Assembly (NCBI GenBank): GCA_937864045.1
Contig: CALMIF010000384.1
Span: 1 to 51,849, forward strand
DNA from: an uncultured Aquabacterium sp.
GTDB lineage: Bacteria; Pseudomonadota; Gammaproteobacteria; Burkholderiales; Burkholderiaceae_C
Direction of reading: 5' to 3'
DNA: 51,849 nucleotides
Translations under genes and position numbers: made by a program
Notes under the pieces: generated by a model
Seen by the model: only the letters and a program-made list of their open reading frames with translations
The model's database searches: none
What the model was told of the DNA's origin: nothing
Part shown: piece after piece, positions 1-9,776 of the stretch
Position numbering within the stretch: the first letter of the stretch is position 1
Layout: each line of letters starts with the position of its first letter

Positions 1-55
1 ACCACCGAGATCTACACAATGGTCGACACTTTCCCTACACGACGCTCTTCCGATC
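1..55 (+). other. Illumina P5/TruSeq adapter contamination with 8-nt index (sequencing artefact)
   Basis: ACCACCGAGATCTACAC (1-17) + AATGGTCG (18-25) + ACACTTTCCCTACACGACGCTCTTCCGATC (26-55) matches the P5-[i5]-Read1 primer layout, with a 2-nt deletion relative to ACACTCTTTCCC. Confidence 0.97.
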
Positions 56-853
56 ACCTCCCGCACCCGGGCCATCCTGCCTGTGCACTACGGCGGCCTG
101 GCCGCCGACATGCCGCGCATCCTGGAACTGGCCCGCCGCCACGGGCTGAAGGTGGTGGAGGATGCCGCGCATGCGCTGCCGACGCGCATCGGCGGGCGGC
201 TGGTGGGCACGCTCGACAGCGATGCCACGGTGTTCAGCTTCTACGCCAACAAGACCATCACCACCGGCGAAGGCGGGATGCTCGTCACGCGTGATCCGGC
301 CCTCGCCCAGCGGGCGAGGGTGATGCGGCTGCACGGCATGAGCCGGGATGCCTTCGACCGCTTCACCGCCAAGGTGCCGAGCTGGTACTACGAGATCGTG
401 GCGCCGGGCTTCAAGTACAACCTCACCGACCTGGCCGCGGCCATGGGCATCCACCAGCTCAAGCGGGCGCAGCGCTTCCAGCAGCAGCGCCAGGCCATCG
501 CCGAGCGCTACCACGCTGGCCTGTCCGGCTTGCCGCTGGTGCTTCCCGCCCCCGTTCCGCAGGGCGATCTGCATGCGTGGCACCTGTATGCGGTGCGCGT
601 GGCGGCGGATGCGCCCGTCAGCCGCGATCAACTGATCGACGCGCTGTTCGCCGCGCGCATCGGCTGCAGCGTGCACTACATCCCGCTGCACCAGCATCCC
701 TACTGGCGCGACCGCTACGGCCTGCGCGCGCAGGACTTCCCGCATAGCCAGGCCGCCTACGAGCGCATGCTGAGCCTGCCGATCTACACCCGCATGGACG
801 ATGCGGCGGTCGAGCGGGTGCTGGCCGCCCTGCATGCCGCCCTGCGTGGTTGA
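53..853 (+). CDS. DegT/DnrJ/EryC1/StrS PLP-dependent sugar aminotransferase, 5'-truncated at the contig end
   Basis: Frame reads ITSRTRAILPVHYGG from 53; EDAAHA, SFYANKTITTGEGG (PLP lysine), GFKYN, SVHYIPLH motifs. N-terminal part missing. Confidence 0.93.
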   Translation: MTSRTRAILPVHYGGLAADMPRILELARRHGLKVVEDAAHALPTRIGGRLVGTLDSDATVFSFYANKTITTGEGGMLVTRDPALAQRARVMRLHGMSRDAFDRFTAKVPSWYYEIVAPGFKYNLTDLAAAMGIHQLKRAQRFQQQRQAIAERYHAGLSGLPLVLPAPVPQGDLHAWHLYAVRVAADAPVSRDQLIDALFAARIGCSVHYIPLHQHPYWRDRYGLRAQDFPHSQAAYERMLSLPIYTRMDDAAVERVLAALHAALRG

Positions 854-2349
854 TCCGCACGCCGATGAAGCGTGTGCTCGACATCGTCGCCGCCGCGCTC
901 GGCCTGCTGCTGCTGCTGCCGCTGTTCCTGCTGCTGGGCGTGCTGATCAAGCTGGATTCGCCTGGCCCGGTGTTCTTCCGCCAGGAGCGCGTGGGCCTGC
1001 ACGGGCGCCGATTCCGGCTGTTCAAGTTCCGCACGATGACGGTCGAGCCGCCTGCGCGCGACCTGCAGATCACCGTTGGTGCCGACCCGCGCATCACCCG
1101 CGTGGGGGCGGTGCTGCGGCGGACCAAGCTCGACGAGCTGCCGCAGCTGCTCGACGTGCTGCGGGGAACGATGAGCCTGGTCGGGCCGCGGCCCGAGGTG
1201 CCGCAGTGGGTCGAGCGCTACCCGCCGCAGCGGCGTGCGCAGATCCTCAGCGTGCGCCCGGGGATCACCGACCTGGCATCGATCAGGTTCCGCAACGAGA
1301 GCGACATCCTTGCGCAGGCGGATGATCCGGAGCGTGCCTACCTGGAGGTGATCCTGCCGGAGAAGCTGCGGGTGGCCGGCAATTACATCGATCACGCCTC
1401 GCTCAAGTCCGACCTGCAACTGCTCGGTCTCACGCTGCGCACGGTGGTGGCACCGGCGTTGGGCCGTCGCCACATGGAGCGCTGGATGGAGAAGACCGGA
1501 TCCTGGGCCGCCCTGGACCGCTGGATGGCCTACCCGCACCGCCACAGGCAGTCCTGGGCGATGCTGTTCGACGGCCTGCTGGTGCTCCTGTGCTGGCACC
1601 TGACCTACCTGTTCCGCCTCGGCATCGAGCGCTGGCAGCCCGGCCGGCCCTGGTACGACGATCTGGTCTCGCTGGCGGTGGTCGCGGTCTACCTGCTGGC
1701 GATGCAGGCGTTCGGCGTGCGCCGCGCGCTGTGGCGCTACTTCGCCTTCGACGACTTCCGCCGCCTGGTCGGCGCCTGCGGCCTGGCTGGCCTGATCAGC
1801 GCCAGCGGCGTGATGCTGGCCGGGCTGGTGGGCGTCTCGCGCGCGGTGCTGGTGCTGCATCCGCTGTTCACGGTGATCGCGCTGGCGATGGCGCGCATGC
1901 TCTACCGCGTGATCTGGGAGAACGCCCATGCGCAGGCCACCGGCGAAGCAAGTGCGCGTCGCTGCGTCATCGTGCTGGGCGCCGGCGTGGTCGCGCGCCG
2001 GCTGATCGCCGGTCTCCACATGCGCCAAGGATGGCATGTGCTGATGCTGCTCGACGACGATCCGGCGCTGCATGGCCTGCGCATCGCAGGCGTCCCGGTC
2101 GAAGGGCCGCTGGCGCGCCTGCGCGATCCGATGCTGCTGGTGGGCGCCACCCACGTGGTGCTGGCCTTGGCAGACCGCGATCCAGCGCAGCAGGAACGCG
2201 CGCTGGCTCTGGCCCGCGAAACCGGACTTGAAGTGCTGGCCGTGCCGCAGGCCGACGATCTGGCGCCGCCCGCCACCACGTCGGTGTCGACACCCCCGGA
2301 GGCCGACGCGATCGTGCCGCCCGGCGGGGCAGGCTCGCCGACTGGTTAA
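850..2349 (+). CDS. Phosphoglycosyl transferase (bacterial sugar transferase) fused to a C-terminal CapD/PglF-like membrane + Rossmann-like domain
   Basis: N-terminal KRVLDI, FKFRTM, DPRITRVG, KLDELPQL, MSLVGPRPE, RPGIT motifs; after ~aa 209 four hydrophobic segments and VLGAG...LLDDDP. Start is TTG 850 or ATG 865. Confidence 0.85.
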   Translation: MIRTPMKRVLDIVAAALGLLLLLPLFLLLGVLIKLDSPGPVFFRQERVGLHGRRFRLFKFRTMTVEPPARDLQITVGADPRITRVGAVLRRTKLDELPQLLDVLRGTMSLVGPRPEVPQWVERYPPQRRAQILSVRPGITDLASIRFRNESDILAQADDPERAYLEVILPEKLRVAGNYIDHASLKSDLQLLGLTLRTVVAPALGRRHMERWMEKTGSWAALDRWMAYPHRHRQSWAMLFDGLLVLLCWHLTYLFRLGIERWQPGRPWYDDLVSLAVVAVYLLAMQAFGVRRALWRYFAFDDFRRLVGACGLAGLISASGVMLAGLVGVSRAVLVLHPLFTVIALAMARMLYRVIWENAHAQATGEASARRCVIVLGAGVVARRLIAGLHMRQGWHVLMLLDDDPALHGLRIAGVPVEGPLARLRDPMLLVGATHVVLALADRDPAQQERALALARETGLEVLAVPQADDLAPPATTSVSTPPEADAIVPPGGAGSPTG

Positions 2350-2511
2350 AATGCACGTTTGACAGGTGCCCGAGCCTGCCACGTCCTGGTCGTTTCATCC
2401 GCCGATCGACGACCGGGATTGTCTCCATCCGGCGTGGCTGCATCCGTCCGATCCCCCCGGATCGGTGCCCCGCCGGCCCCTGCTCCGGGGTCAGCTTCCA
2501 TCCCAACGCCT

Positions 2512-3573
2512 ATGCACATCCATCGTCCCCCGATCACCGGCCGCAAGGTGCGTTTCGCCATCGTCGGCTGCGGTCGCATCGCCGCGAATCACATCGAGTC
2601 GATCCAGCGCAATGCCGACCGCGCCGAACTGGTTGCCGTCTGCGACACCAACCCCGGGGCGCTGGCTGCAGCGGTGGCGAGCACCGGTGCCCAGGGCCAT
2701 GCGACGCTGGGTTCGCTGCTGAGTGCCGGCGGTGTCGACTGCGTGGTGCTGACCACGCCCAGCGGCCTGCATTCGCAGCAGGCGATGGAGGTGGCCGCTG
2801 CCGGGTTCGACGTGATGACGGAGAAGCCCATGGCAACCCGCTGGCAGGACGGCCTGTCGATGGTGCGTGCCTGCGACGAGGCCGGCGTGCGGCTGTTCGT
2901 GGTCAAGCAGAACCGCCGAAACCGCACGCTGCAACTGCTCAAGCAGGCGGTGCAGCAGGGGCGGTTCGGGCGCATCTACATGGTGAACGTGAACGTCTTC
3001 TGGACCCGTCCCCAGGAGTACTACGACAGTGCAGCCTGGCGCGGCACCTGGGAGTTCGACGGTGGCGCGTTCATGAACCAGGCGAGCCACTACGTCGACC
3101 TGCTGGACTGGCTGGTCGGCCCGGTGGAAAGCGTGATGGCCTATACCGGCACGCTGGCGCGCAACATCGAGGTCGAGGACACCGGCGTGGCTGCGCTGAA
3201 GTGGCGCAACGGTGCGATGGGCTCGATCAACGTGACGATGCTCACCTACCCGAAGAACCTGGAGGGTTCGATCACCATCCTCGGCGAGCGTGGCTCGGTG
3301 CGGCTAGGCGGCGTCGCGGTCAACGAGATCAAGCACTGGGAGTTCGCGCAGCCCGATCCGATGGATGCGCAGACGCAGGAGGCGAGCTACCAGACGACGT
3401 CGGTCTACGGCTTCGGCCACCCGCTGTACTACGACAACGTGATCAAGGTGCTGCAGGGTCAGGCCGCGCCGGAGATCGACGGGCGCGAGGGGCTGAAGTC
3501 GCTGGAACTGCTGATCGCGATGTACATGTCGGCGCGCGACGGCAAGCGCGTCAGCCTGCCCCTGGCCTATTGA
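2512..3573 (+). CDS. wbpB: Gfo/Idh/MocA oxidoreductase, WbpB/WlbA-like UDP-GlcNAcA 3-dehydrogenase
   Basis: [31 protein letters not shown] motifs; directly precedes wbpD- and wbpE-like genes. ATG 2512 preferred over TTG 2359. Confidence 0.88.
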   Translation: MHIHRPPITGRKVRFAIVGCGRIAANHIESIQRNADRAELVAVCDTNPGALAAAVASTGAQGHATLGSLLSAGGVDCVVLTTPSGLHSQQAMEVAAAGFDVMTEKPMATRWQDGLSMVRACDEAGVRLFVVKQNRRNRTLQLLKQAVQQGRFGRIYMVNVNVFWTRPQEYYDSAAWRGTWEFDGGAFMNQASHYVDLLDWLVGPVESVMAYTGTLARNIEVEDTGVAALKWRNGAMGSINVTMLTYPKNLEGSITILGERGSVRLGGVAVNEIKHWEFAQPDPMDAQTQEASYQTTSVYGFGHPLYYDNVIKVLQGQAAPEIDGREGLKSLELLIAMYMSARDGKRVSLPLAY

Positions 3574-3586
3574 GGCGAGCCCGCGC

Positions 3587-4168
3587 ATGCCCACCACCAT
3601 CCATCCCTCCGCGATCGTCGACGAGGGGGCCGTCCTCGGCGACAACTGCCGCGTCTGGCACTTCGTGCACATCAGTGCCGGTGCGCGCATCGGCGCACGC
3701 TGCTCGTTCGGGCAGAACGTGTACGTCGGCAACGACGTGGTGATCGGCGACAACGTGAAGATCCAGAACAACGTCTCGGTCTATGACGCGGTGACGCTCG
3801 AGAGCGACGTGTTCTGCGGGCCGAGCATGGTCTTCACCAACGTCTACAACCCGCGCTCGGCCGTCACCCGCAAGGACGAGTACCGGCGCACGCTGGTGCG
3901 CCGGGGTGCCACGCTGGGCGCGAACTGCACGATCGTGTGCGGGGTGACGGTCGGCGCCTACGGCTTCATCGGCGCAGGCGCGGTGGTCAACCGCGACGTG
4001 CCGGACTTCGCGTTGATGCTGGGCGTGCCCGCCCGCCAGAGCGGATGGATGAGCCGCTTCGGCGAGCGCCTGCCGCTGCCCCTGCACGGCGATGGCGAGG
4101 CGCGCTGCCCTGCCACCGGCGACCTTTACATGCTGCGCGGCAATGCGCTGCGCCTGCAAGAAGCCTGA
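3587..4168 (+). CDS. wbpD: Hexapeptide-repeat N-acetyltransferase, WbpD/WlbB-like
   Basis: [47 protein letters not shown]; C-terminal CP motif. Confidence 0.92.
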   Translation: MPTTIHPSAIVDEGAVLGDNCRVWHFVHISAGARIGARCSFGQNVYVGNDVVIGDNVKIQNNVSVYDAVTLESDVFCGPSMVFTNVYNPRSAVTRKDEYRRTLVRRGATLGANCTIVCGVTVGAYGFIGAGAVVNRDVPDFALMLGVPARQSGWMSRFGERLPLPLHGDGEARCPATGDLYMLRGNALRLQEA

Positions 4169-4180
4169 ACGGGAGATCCG

Positions 4181-5320
4181 ATGAACGCCCCCCAGACCCT
4201 CAAGCCCCTCGACTTCATCGACCTCAAGACCCAGTATGCGGTGCTGCGCGAGTCGATCAACGCGCGCATGCAGCGTGTGCTCGACCATGGGCAGTACATC
4301 ATGGGCCCGGAGGTCAAGGAACTGGAGCAGCGGCTGGCCGAGTTCACCGGCGCGCGGCACTGCATCACCGTCTCCAGCGGCACCGAAGCCCTGCTGATCG
4401 CGCTGATGGCTCTCGGCGTCGGCGCGGGCGACGAGGTCATCACCAGCCCGTTCACGTTCGTGGCCACCGCGGAGGTGATCGTGCTGCTGGGCGCCAAGCC
4501 GGTGTACGTCGACATCGAGGCCGACACCTGCAACATCGACGCCGCCGGCATCGAGGCCAAGATCACGCCGCGGACCAAGGCCATCATCCCGGTCAGCCTG
4601 TACGGGCAGGTGCCCGACATGACGGCGATCAACGCGATCGCCGCCCGGCATGGGCTGCCGGTGATCGAGGACGCGGCGCAGAGCTTCGGTGCTTCCTACC
4701 AGGGCGCGCGCAGCGGCCACCTCAGCACCATCGGCTGCACGAGCTTCTTCCCGAGCAAGCCGCTGGGCTGCTACGGCGACGGCGGCGCGATGTTCACCGA
4801 CGATGACGCGCTGGCCCAGGCCTGCCGCGAGATCCGCGTGCACGGCCAGAGCAAGCGTTACCACCACACGCGCGTCGGCGTGGGCGGCCGCATGGACACG
4901 CTGCAGTGCGCCGTGGTGCTGGCGAAGCTGGAGCGCTTCGAGTGGGAGATTGCCCAGCGCCTGGCCAAGGGCGAGCGCTACCGCCAGATGATGCGCGACA
5001 GCGGAGCGCCGGTGGGCCTGCTGGCGGTGCGTCCGGACCGCGATTGCGTCTGGGGGCAGTTCACCATCTTCGTGGACCGACGTGAGAAAATGCAGCAGCG
5101 TCTGCAGGCGATGGGCGTGCCCACGGCGGTGCACTATCCGAAGCCCCTGCACCTGCAGCCAGCCTATGCCGACCAGTGCTGCCCTGACTGCTGTCCGGTC
5201 AGCGTGCGTGCAGGCGAGCGTGTGATGAGCCTGCCGATGAGCGCCGACATCTCGGAGGCCGACATGCGGCGCGTGGTGGACGCGCTTGCAGCCGCCTGCC
5301 AGGACCTCGGTCTGCACTGA
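4181..5320 (+). CDS. wbpE: DegT-family aminotransferase, WbpE/WlbC-like
   Basis: FIDLKTQY, YIMGPEV, EDAAQSFGA, SFFPSKPLGCYGDGG; position in a wbpB-D-E cluster. Confidence 0.9.
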   Translation: MNAPQTLKPLDFIDLKTQYAVLRESINARMQRVLDHGQYIMGPEVKELEQRLAEFTGARHCITVSSGTEALLIALMALGVGAGDEVITSPFTFVATAEVIVLLGAKPVYVDIEADTCNIDAAGIEAKITPRTKAIIPVSLYGQVPDMTAINAIAARHGLPVIEDAAQSFGASYQGARSGHLSTIGCTSFFPSKPLGCYGDGGAMFTDDDALAQACREIRVHGQSKRYHHTRVGVGGRMDTLQCAVVLAKLERFEWEIAQRLAKGERYRQMMRDSGAPVGLLAVRPDRDCVWGQFTIFVDRREKMQQRLQAMGVPTAVHYPKPLHLQPAYADQCCPDCCPVSVRAGERVMSLPMSADISEADMRRVVDALAAACQDLGLH

Positions 5321-5420
5321 ACCGGACGCCCGGCCAGCCTGACTCCGTCGTTTCCGACTTTCGTTCCGCGGCGCGGGGTTGCCTGCGTGCGGCAACGGCC
5401 TCCTGCCGACCTAGCCCCCC

Positions 5421-6416
5421 ATGTACAGAAACCAGCGCATCGCCGTCGTCGTCCCGGCCCACAACGAGGAAACGCAGATCAACCGGGTCATCGACACGAT
5501 GCCCGCGTTCATCGACACGATCATCATCGTCAACGACTGCAGCCGCGACCGCACGTCGGAGGTCATCCGTGCCAATCCGCGCCATGCGTCGGGCATGGTG
5601 CACCTGATCGAGCATGCGGTGAACCAGGGCGTGGGCGGTGCCATTGCCACCGGTTACGAGTTTGCCCGCGACAACGGCTACGACGTCGCGGTGGTGATGG
5701 CCGGGGACGGCCAGATGGACCCCGACGACCTGCCCGCGATCCTGGACCCGGTGATCGATGACCAGGCGGACTACACCAAGGGCAACCGGCTCGTCACCGG
5801 CGAGGCCTTCCGCAAGATCCCGAAGATCCGCTTCTTCGGCAACTCCGCGCTGTCGCTGTTCACCAAGATCGCATCCGGCTACTGGCATGTGGCCGATTCG
5901 CAGACCGGCTACACCGCGATCAACCGTGCGGCCCTTGAGGCGATCGACTGGCAGCAGATGTACAAGCGCTACGGCCAGCCCAACGACCTGCTGGTCAAGC
6001 TGAACGTGGCCGGCATGCGCGTGGTCGATGTGCCGATCGAGCCGGTCTACAACGTCGGCGAGAAGTCGGGCATCAAGGTGCGCAAGGTGGTGTTCACCAT
6101 CGGCTCGCTGCTGGTGCGGCTGTTCTTCTGGCGGCTCAAGGAAAAGTACATCATCCGCAACTTCCACCCGCTGGTGTTCTTCTATGCCTTCGGCTTCTTC
6201 GGCCTGGGCCTCAGCGCGGTGCTGTTCGTGCGGTTGATCGCGCTGTGGATCTCGCAGGGCGCGGTGCCCGAGATCACCTTCCTGAGCTGGCTGTTCTCGT
6301 TCTCGCTCGGTTTCAACTCGCTGTTCTTCGCGATGTGGTTCGACTACGAGGAGAACAAGCACCTGAATCCCCCGCTGCGACACCGCGACGTGCGGCGGCG
6401 CGCGCGGACCGATTGA
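5421..6416 (+). CDS. GT2 glycosyltransferase with two C-terminal TM helices (polyprenol-phosphate glycosyltransferase / DPM-synthase-like)
   Basis: VVVPAHNEE, VNDCSRDRT, NQGVGGA, MAGDGQMDP, KGNR, DSQTGY; two hydrophobic C-terminal segments. Confidence 0.88.
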   Translation: MYRNQRIAVVVPAHNEETQINRVIDTMPAFIDTIIIVNDCSRDRTSEVIRANPRHASGMVHLIEHAVNQGVGGAIATGYEFARDNGYDVAVVMAGDGQMDPDDLPAILDPVIDDQADYTKGNRLVTGEAFRKIPKIRFFGNSALSLFTKIASGYWHVADSQTGYTAINRAALEAIDWQQMYKRYGQPNDLLVKLNVAGMRVVDVPIEPVYNVGEKSGIKVRKVVFTIGSLLVRLFFWRLKEKYIIRNFHPLVFFYAFGFFGLGLSAVLFVRLIALWISQGAVPEITFLSWLFSFSLGFNSLFFAMWFDYEENKHLNPPLRHRDVRRRARTD

Positions 6417-6417
6417 C

Positions 6418-7734
6418 GTGGGGCTGGGCTGGACCCTGTCGCTGCGCGAGCGCTGGCATTCGCAGAAGCTGACGCGCGACATCGCCTACACGCTGGGCAG
6501 CTTCGTCGTGCTGGCGATCAGCGGCATGGTGATCAACCTGGTGATCGCCAGCAGCCGCGATGCGGCAGCGCTGGGCGTGTTCAACCAGGCCTACGCGGTC
6601 TACATCATCGCCTCGCAGCTGGCCACGCTGGGGCTGCACTACTCGGTGCTGCGCTACACCGCGCTGCATGATGCCGATCCGGTGCAGCGGGGCCGCCTGC
6701 TGTGGACCGCCGCGTTGAGCGCGCTGTGCCTGGGTGCCGTGGCTGCGGTGGTGGTGGGCAGCAGCGGCTTCCTGTTCGCGCGCGTCTTCGACAGCGAACT
6801 CACCGGCCGCGCCATTGCCATGGCAGGTCCCGGCCTGCTGCTGTTCTCGCTCAACAAGGTGCTGCTGGCCTACCTGAACGGGCTGCGGCTGATGAAGTCG
6901 TTTGCGCTGCTGCAGGCCGGCCGGTATCTGCTGGTCATGGCGGGCGTGGCCGGCGTTGCGGTCTCCAGCTTGCCCATTGAATGGGCCACGCTGGCCTTCT
7001 TCATCGCCGAAGCCTGCACGCTGGCCGGCGCCCTGGTGTATCTCTCGCGCGGCGGCCACCTGCGCGAGCGCTGCTTCGACCGTGGCTGGCTGCGCACGCA
7101 CCTGCGCTTCGGCAGCAAGGGCCTGGCCGCTGGCATGTTCGCCGAGTTCAATTCGCGCATCGATGTGCTGCTGATCGGCGTCTTCCTGCCCGACCGCGAG
7201 GTCGGCATCTACAGCTTCGCAGCGATGATGGTCGACGGCCTGTACCACGTGCTGGCGATGGTGCGGCTGAACTTCAACCCGCTGCTGGTGACCGTGCTGC
7301 GCGACAAGGACGAGCACCAGGCACGCGGCCTGCTCGCCCGATCGCTGCGGCTGGCGGTGCCTGCCACGTTCGGACTGGGGCTGCTGGCGCTGGCCGCCCT
7401 GTGGGTCCTGGCGGTGTTCGTGGCGCCGCACAAGGGCCTGCTCGAGGGCCTGCCGTCGTTGCTGATCCTGCTGACCGGCCTGGTGCTGGTCTCTGCCTTC
7501 GTGCCGTTCGACAACCTGCTGCTGGTCAGCGGCCATCCTGGCTACCAGACACTGCAGCAACTGATCACCGTGGGTGCCAACACCGCCCTGGCGGTGCTGC
7601 TGCTGCCGCCGCTGGGCATTGCCGGCGCGGCGTTGGGAACCGCAGCGAGCTACCTGGCCGGCATTGCAGCACTTCTGTGGTTCAGCCCCCGCGTGGTGGG
7701 CTGGAACCTCCTGACCAACCGTTTCAAGACCTGA
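6418..7734 (+). CDS. Wzx-like (MOP family) oligosaccharide flippase
   Basis: About 12 hydrophobic segments; LGVFN, FNSRIDVLLIGVF...VGIYSFA, LLPPLGIAGAALGT typical of Wzx/MATE-like exporters. Confidence 0.8.
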   Translation: MGLGWTLSLRERWHSQKLTRDIAYTLGSFVVLAISGMVINLVIASSRDAAALGVFNQAYAVYIIASQLATLGLHYSVLRYTALHDADPVQRGRLLWTAALSALCLGAVAAVVVGSSGFLFARVFDSELTGRAIAMAGPGLLLFSLNKVLLAYLNGLRLMKSFALLQAGRYLLVMAGVAGVAVSSLPIEWATLAFFIAEACTLAGALVYLSRGGHLRERCFDRGWLRTHLRFGSKGLAAGMFAEFNSRIDVLLIGVFLPDREVGIYSFAAMMVDGLYHVLAMVRLNFNPLLVTVLRDKDEHQARGLLARSLRLAVPATFGLGLLALAALWVLAVFVAPHKGLLEGLPSLLILLTGLVLVSAFVPFDNLLLVSGHPGYQTLQQLITVGANTALAVLLLPPLGIAGAALGTAASYLAGIAALLWFSPRVVGWNLLTNRFKT

Positions 7735-7748
7735 GCCAGAGAACCAAC

Positions 7749-9776
7749 ATGTGCGGCATTTTCGGAGTATTGGCGCGCCAGGGCGCGCGCATCAGCCATG
7801 CCAAGGCCACCGCCCTGCTGGCGGACCTCTACCGGCTGTCCGAGAGCCGGGGCAAGGAATCGGCCGGCCTGCACCTCTACATGCCCGGCGCCGGACAGGC
7901 CTGGACGTTGAAGGGCGCGCAGCGCGCCACCGAGTTGCTGCAGTCGCCCGACTACGCCAGCCTCGTCGCCGACCGGCTCGGCGGTGCGATGGGCGCCGGC
8001 GATGCGGTCGCCCAGGCTGTGGCGGTTCTGGCCCATTCCCGCCTGGTGACCAACGGCACGGCGCAGCTGCCGCAGAACAACCAGCCGGTGCGGTCGTCGC
8101 ATGTGACGATGATCCACAACGGCATCTGCGTGAACGTGGATGAGCTCTGGGCAGCGAATCCGTCGCTGCAGCGGCGTGCGGAGGTCGACACCGAGGTCAT
8201 GGCCGCGCTGGCCAACCGGGGCAGCGCCGCAGGCGCCGGCCCGGCCGCGGCCACCCAGGCGGTGTTCGGCGTGCTCAAGGGCGCGGCCTCGGTCGCCTGG
8301 CTGCACGACGAGGCCGGCACCGTCACCCTGGCCACCAACACCGGCGACCTGTATTTCGCCGACCTGCTCGACCAGGGCTTCGTCGTGTTCGCCTCTGAAC
8401 GCTACATCCTCGACTCGGCCGTCTCCGGGCCGCTGGGCGCGCCGCCGATCACCTGGCTGCAGCCGGGCACCGGCGTCACGCTGGACCTGCTGGGCAATGC
8501 CCCGCTGCAGCACTTCCAGCTCGCCGGTGCGCCGGCGCCGGGCGGGTTCACCGCGCTGCAGCGCGGTGCCACCCGGCATGACGACCGTGTCGCTGGCGAG
8601 GTGCGCGCGCCGACCGTGCTGGCACGGCAGGCCGACGAATCGCTGCTGCGCTACAACGAGGCCCGCATGCGGACGATGCGCCGCTGCACCCGCTGCGTGC
8701 TGCCGGAGACGTTCCCCTTCATCGACTTCGACGCCCAGGGCGTGTGCAACTACTGCCGCAGCTACCAGCCGCGCTATGCGCACATGCATCCGGTCGAGAC
8801 CAAGCAGCGGTTCATCCAGTCGCTGGAGCGCTACCGGCGGGCCGGCAACGAGCCCGACGTGATGGTGGCCTTCAGCGGCGGCCGCGATTCCAGCTACGGC
8901 CTGCACCTGATCAAGAAGGAATTCGGCCTGCGGCCGACCACCTTCACCTACGACTGGGGCATGGTCACCGACCTGGCGCGCCGCAACGTCGCGCGCATCT
9001 GCGGCCAACTCGGCATCCAGAACATCCTGGTGTCGGCCGACATCGCCGAGAAGCGCAACAACATCCGCATGAACGTGTCGGCATGGCTGAAGAAGCCCGA
9101 CCTCGGCCTGGTGCCGCTGTTCATGGCCGGCGACAAGCACTTCTTCCGCGTCGTCAACGAGCTCAAGCGCCAGACGGGCATCGCCCTGGACCTCTGGTGC
9201 GCCAACCCGCTGGAGAACACCGACTTCAAGTCCGGCTTCTGCGGCGTGGCGCCCGATTTCGGCAAGAAGCGGGTCGACTATCTGTCGATGGGACGCAAGG
9301 CCAAGCTGGCCTCCTACTACGGCCTGCGCTTCCTGCAGAACCCGGCCTACATCAACTCCTCGTTGAAGGACACGTTCGGCGCGTTCCTGTCGTACTACTT
9401 CGAGCCGCGCCGGGATTTCTACTTCATCTTCGACCACTTCATCTGGAACGAGAACGAGGTCAACCGCGTGCTGCTGGGTGAGTACGACTGGGAGCTGGCG
9501 CCGGATTCGCCGAGCACATGGCGCATCGGCGATGGCACGGCGCCGTTCTACAACTACATCTACATGACGGCGCGCGGATTCACCGAATTCGACACCTTCC
9601 GCAGCAACCAGATCCGCGAGGGGCACATCGGCCGCGCCGAGGCGCTGGAGGCGATCCTGGTGGAGAACCGTCCCCGTGCACAGACGCTGCGGTGGTACCT
9701 CGACACGATCGATCTGGACTTCAACACGGTCGTGCGGCGCGTCAACGAACTCGACACGCTGGGCTTGCACCGGTGA
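7749..9776 (+). CDS. Class-II (Ntn) glutamine amidotransferase fused to an N-acetyl-sugar amidotransferase (WbpG/WbuX-like PP-loop domain)
   Basis: True start MCGIFG at 7749; HSRLVT, HNG, DTEV Ntn motifs; then CTRC..P..FP.I.FD..GVCNYC and SGGRDS PP-loop. Confidence 0.85.
   Translation: MCGIFGVLARQGARISHAKATALLADLYRLSESRGKESAGLHLYMPGAGQAWTLKGAQRATELLQSPDYASLVADRLGGAMGAGDAVAQAVAVLAHSRLVTNGTAQLPQNNQPVRSSHVTMIHNGICVNVDELWAANPSLQRRAEVDTEVMAALANRGSAAGAGPAAATQAVFGVLKGAASVAWLHDEAGTVTLATNTGDLYFADLLDQGFVVFASERYILDSAVSGPLGAPPITWLQPGTGVTLDLLGNAPLQHFQLAGAPAPGGFTALQRGATRHDDRVAGEVRAPTVLARQADESLLRYNEARMRTMRRCTRCVLPETFPFIDFDAQGVCNYCRSYQPRYAHMHPVETKQRFIQSLERYRRAGNEPDVMVAFSGGRDSSYGLHLIKKEFGLRPTTFTYDWGMVTDLARRNVARICGQLGIQNILVSADIAEKRNNIRMNVSAWLKKPDLGLVPLFMAGDKHFFRVVNELKRQTGIALDLWCANPLENTDFKSGFCGVAPDFGKKRVDYLSMGRKAKLASYYGLRFLQNPAYINSSLKDTFGAFLSYYFEPRRDFYFIFDHFIWNENEVNRVLLGEYDWELAPDSPSTWRIGDGTAPFYNYIYMTARGFTEFDTFRSNQIREGHIGRAEALEAILVENRPRAQTLRWYLDTIDLDFNTVVRRVNELDTLGLHR

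Noticed and set aside
19-294. ORF starting at ATG 19
   Set aside because: The ATG lies in the adapter index and the frame is a shadow of the aminotransferase.
2359-2511. TTG-initiated extension of wbpB, and a perfect TTGACA -35 at 2359-2364
   Set aside because: The extension is low-complexity with no family motif, and no -10 element lies at the correct spacing from the TTGACA.
6981-7748. 256-aa N-terminal extension of the amidotransferase ORF in the track
   Set aside because: It overlaps the flippase in another frame, and Ntn enzymes need the Cys at the N-terminus, so the start is MCG at 7749.
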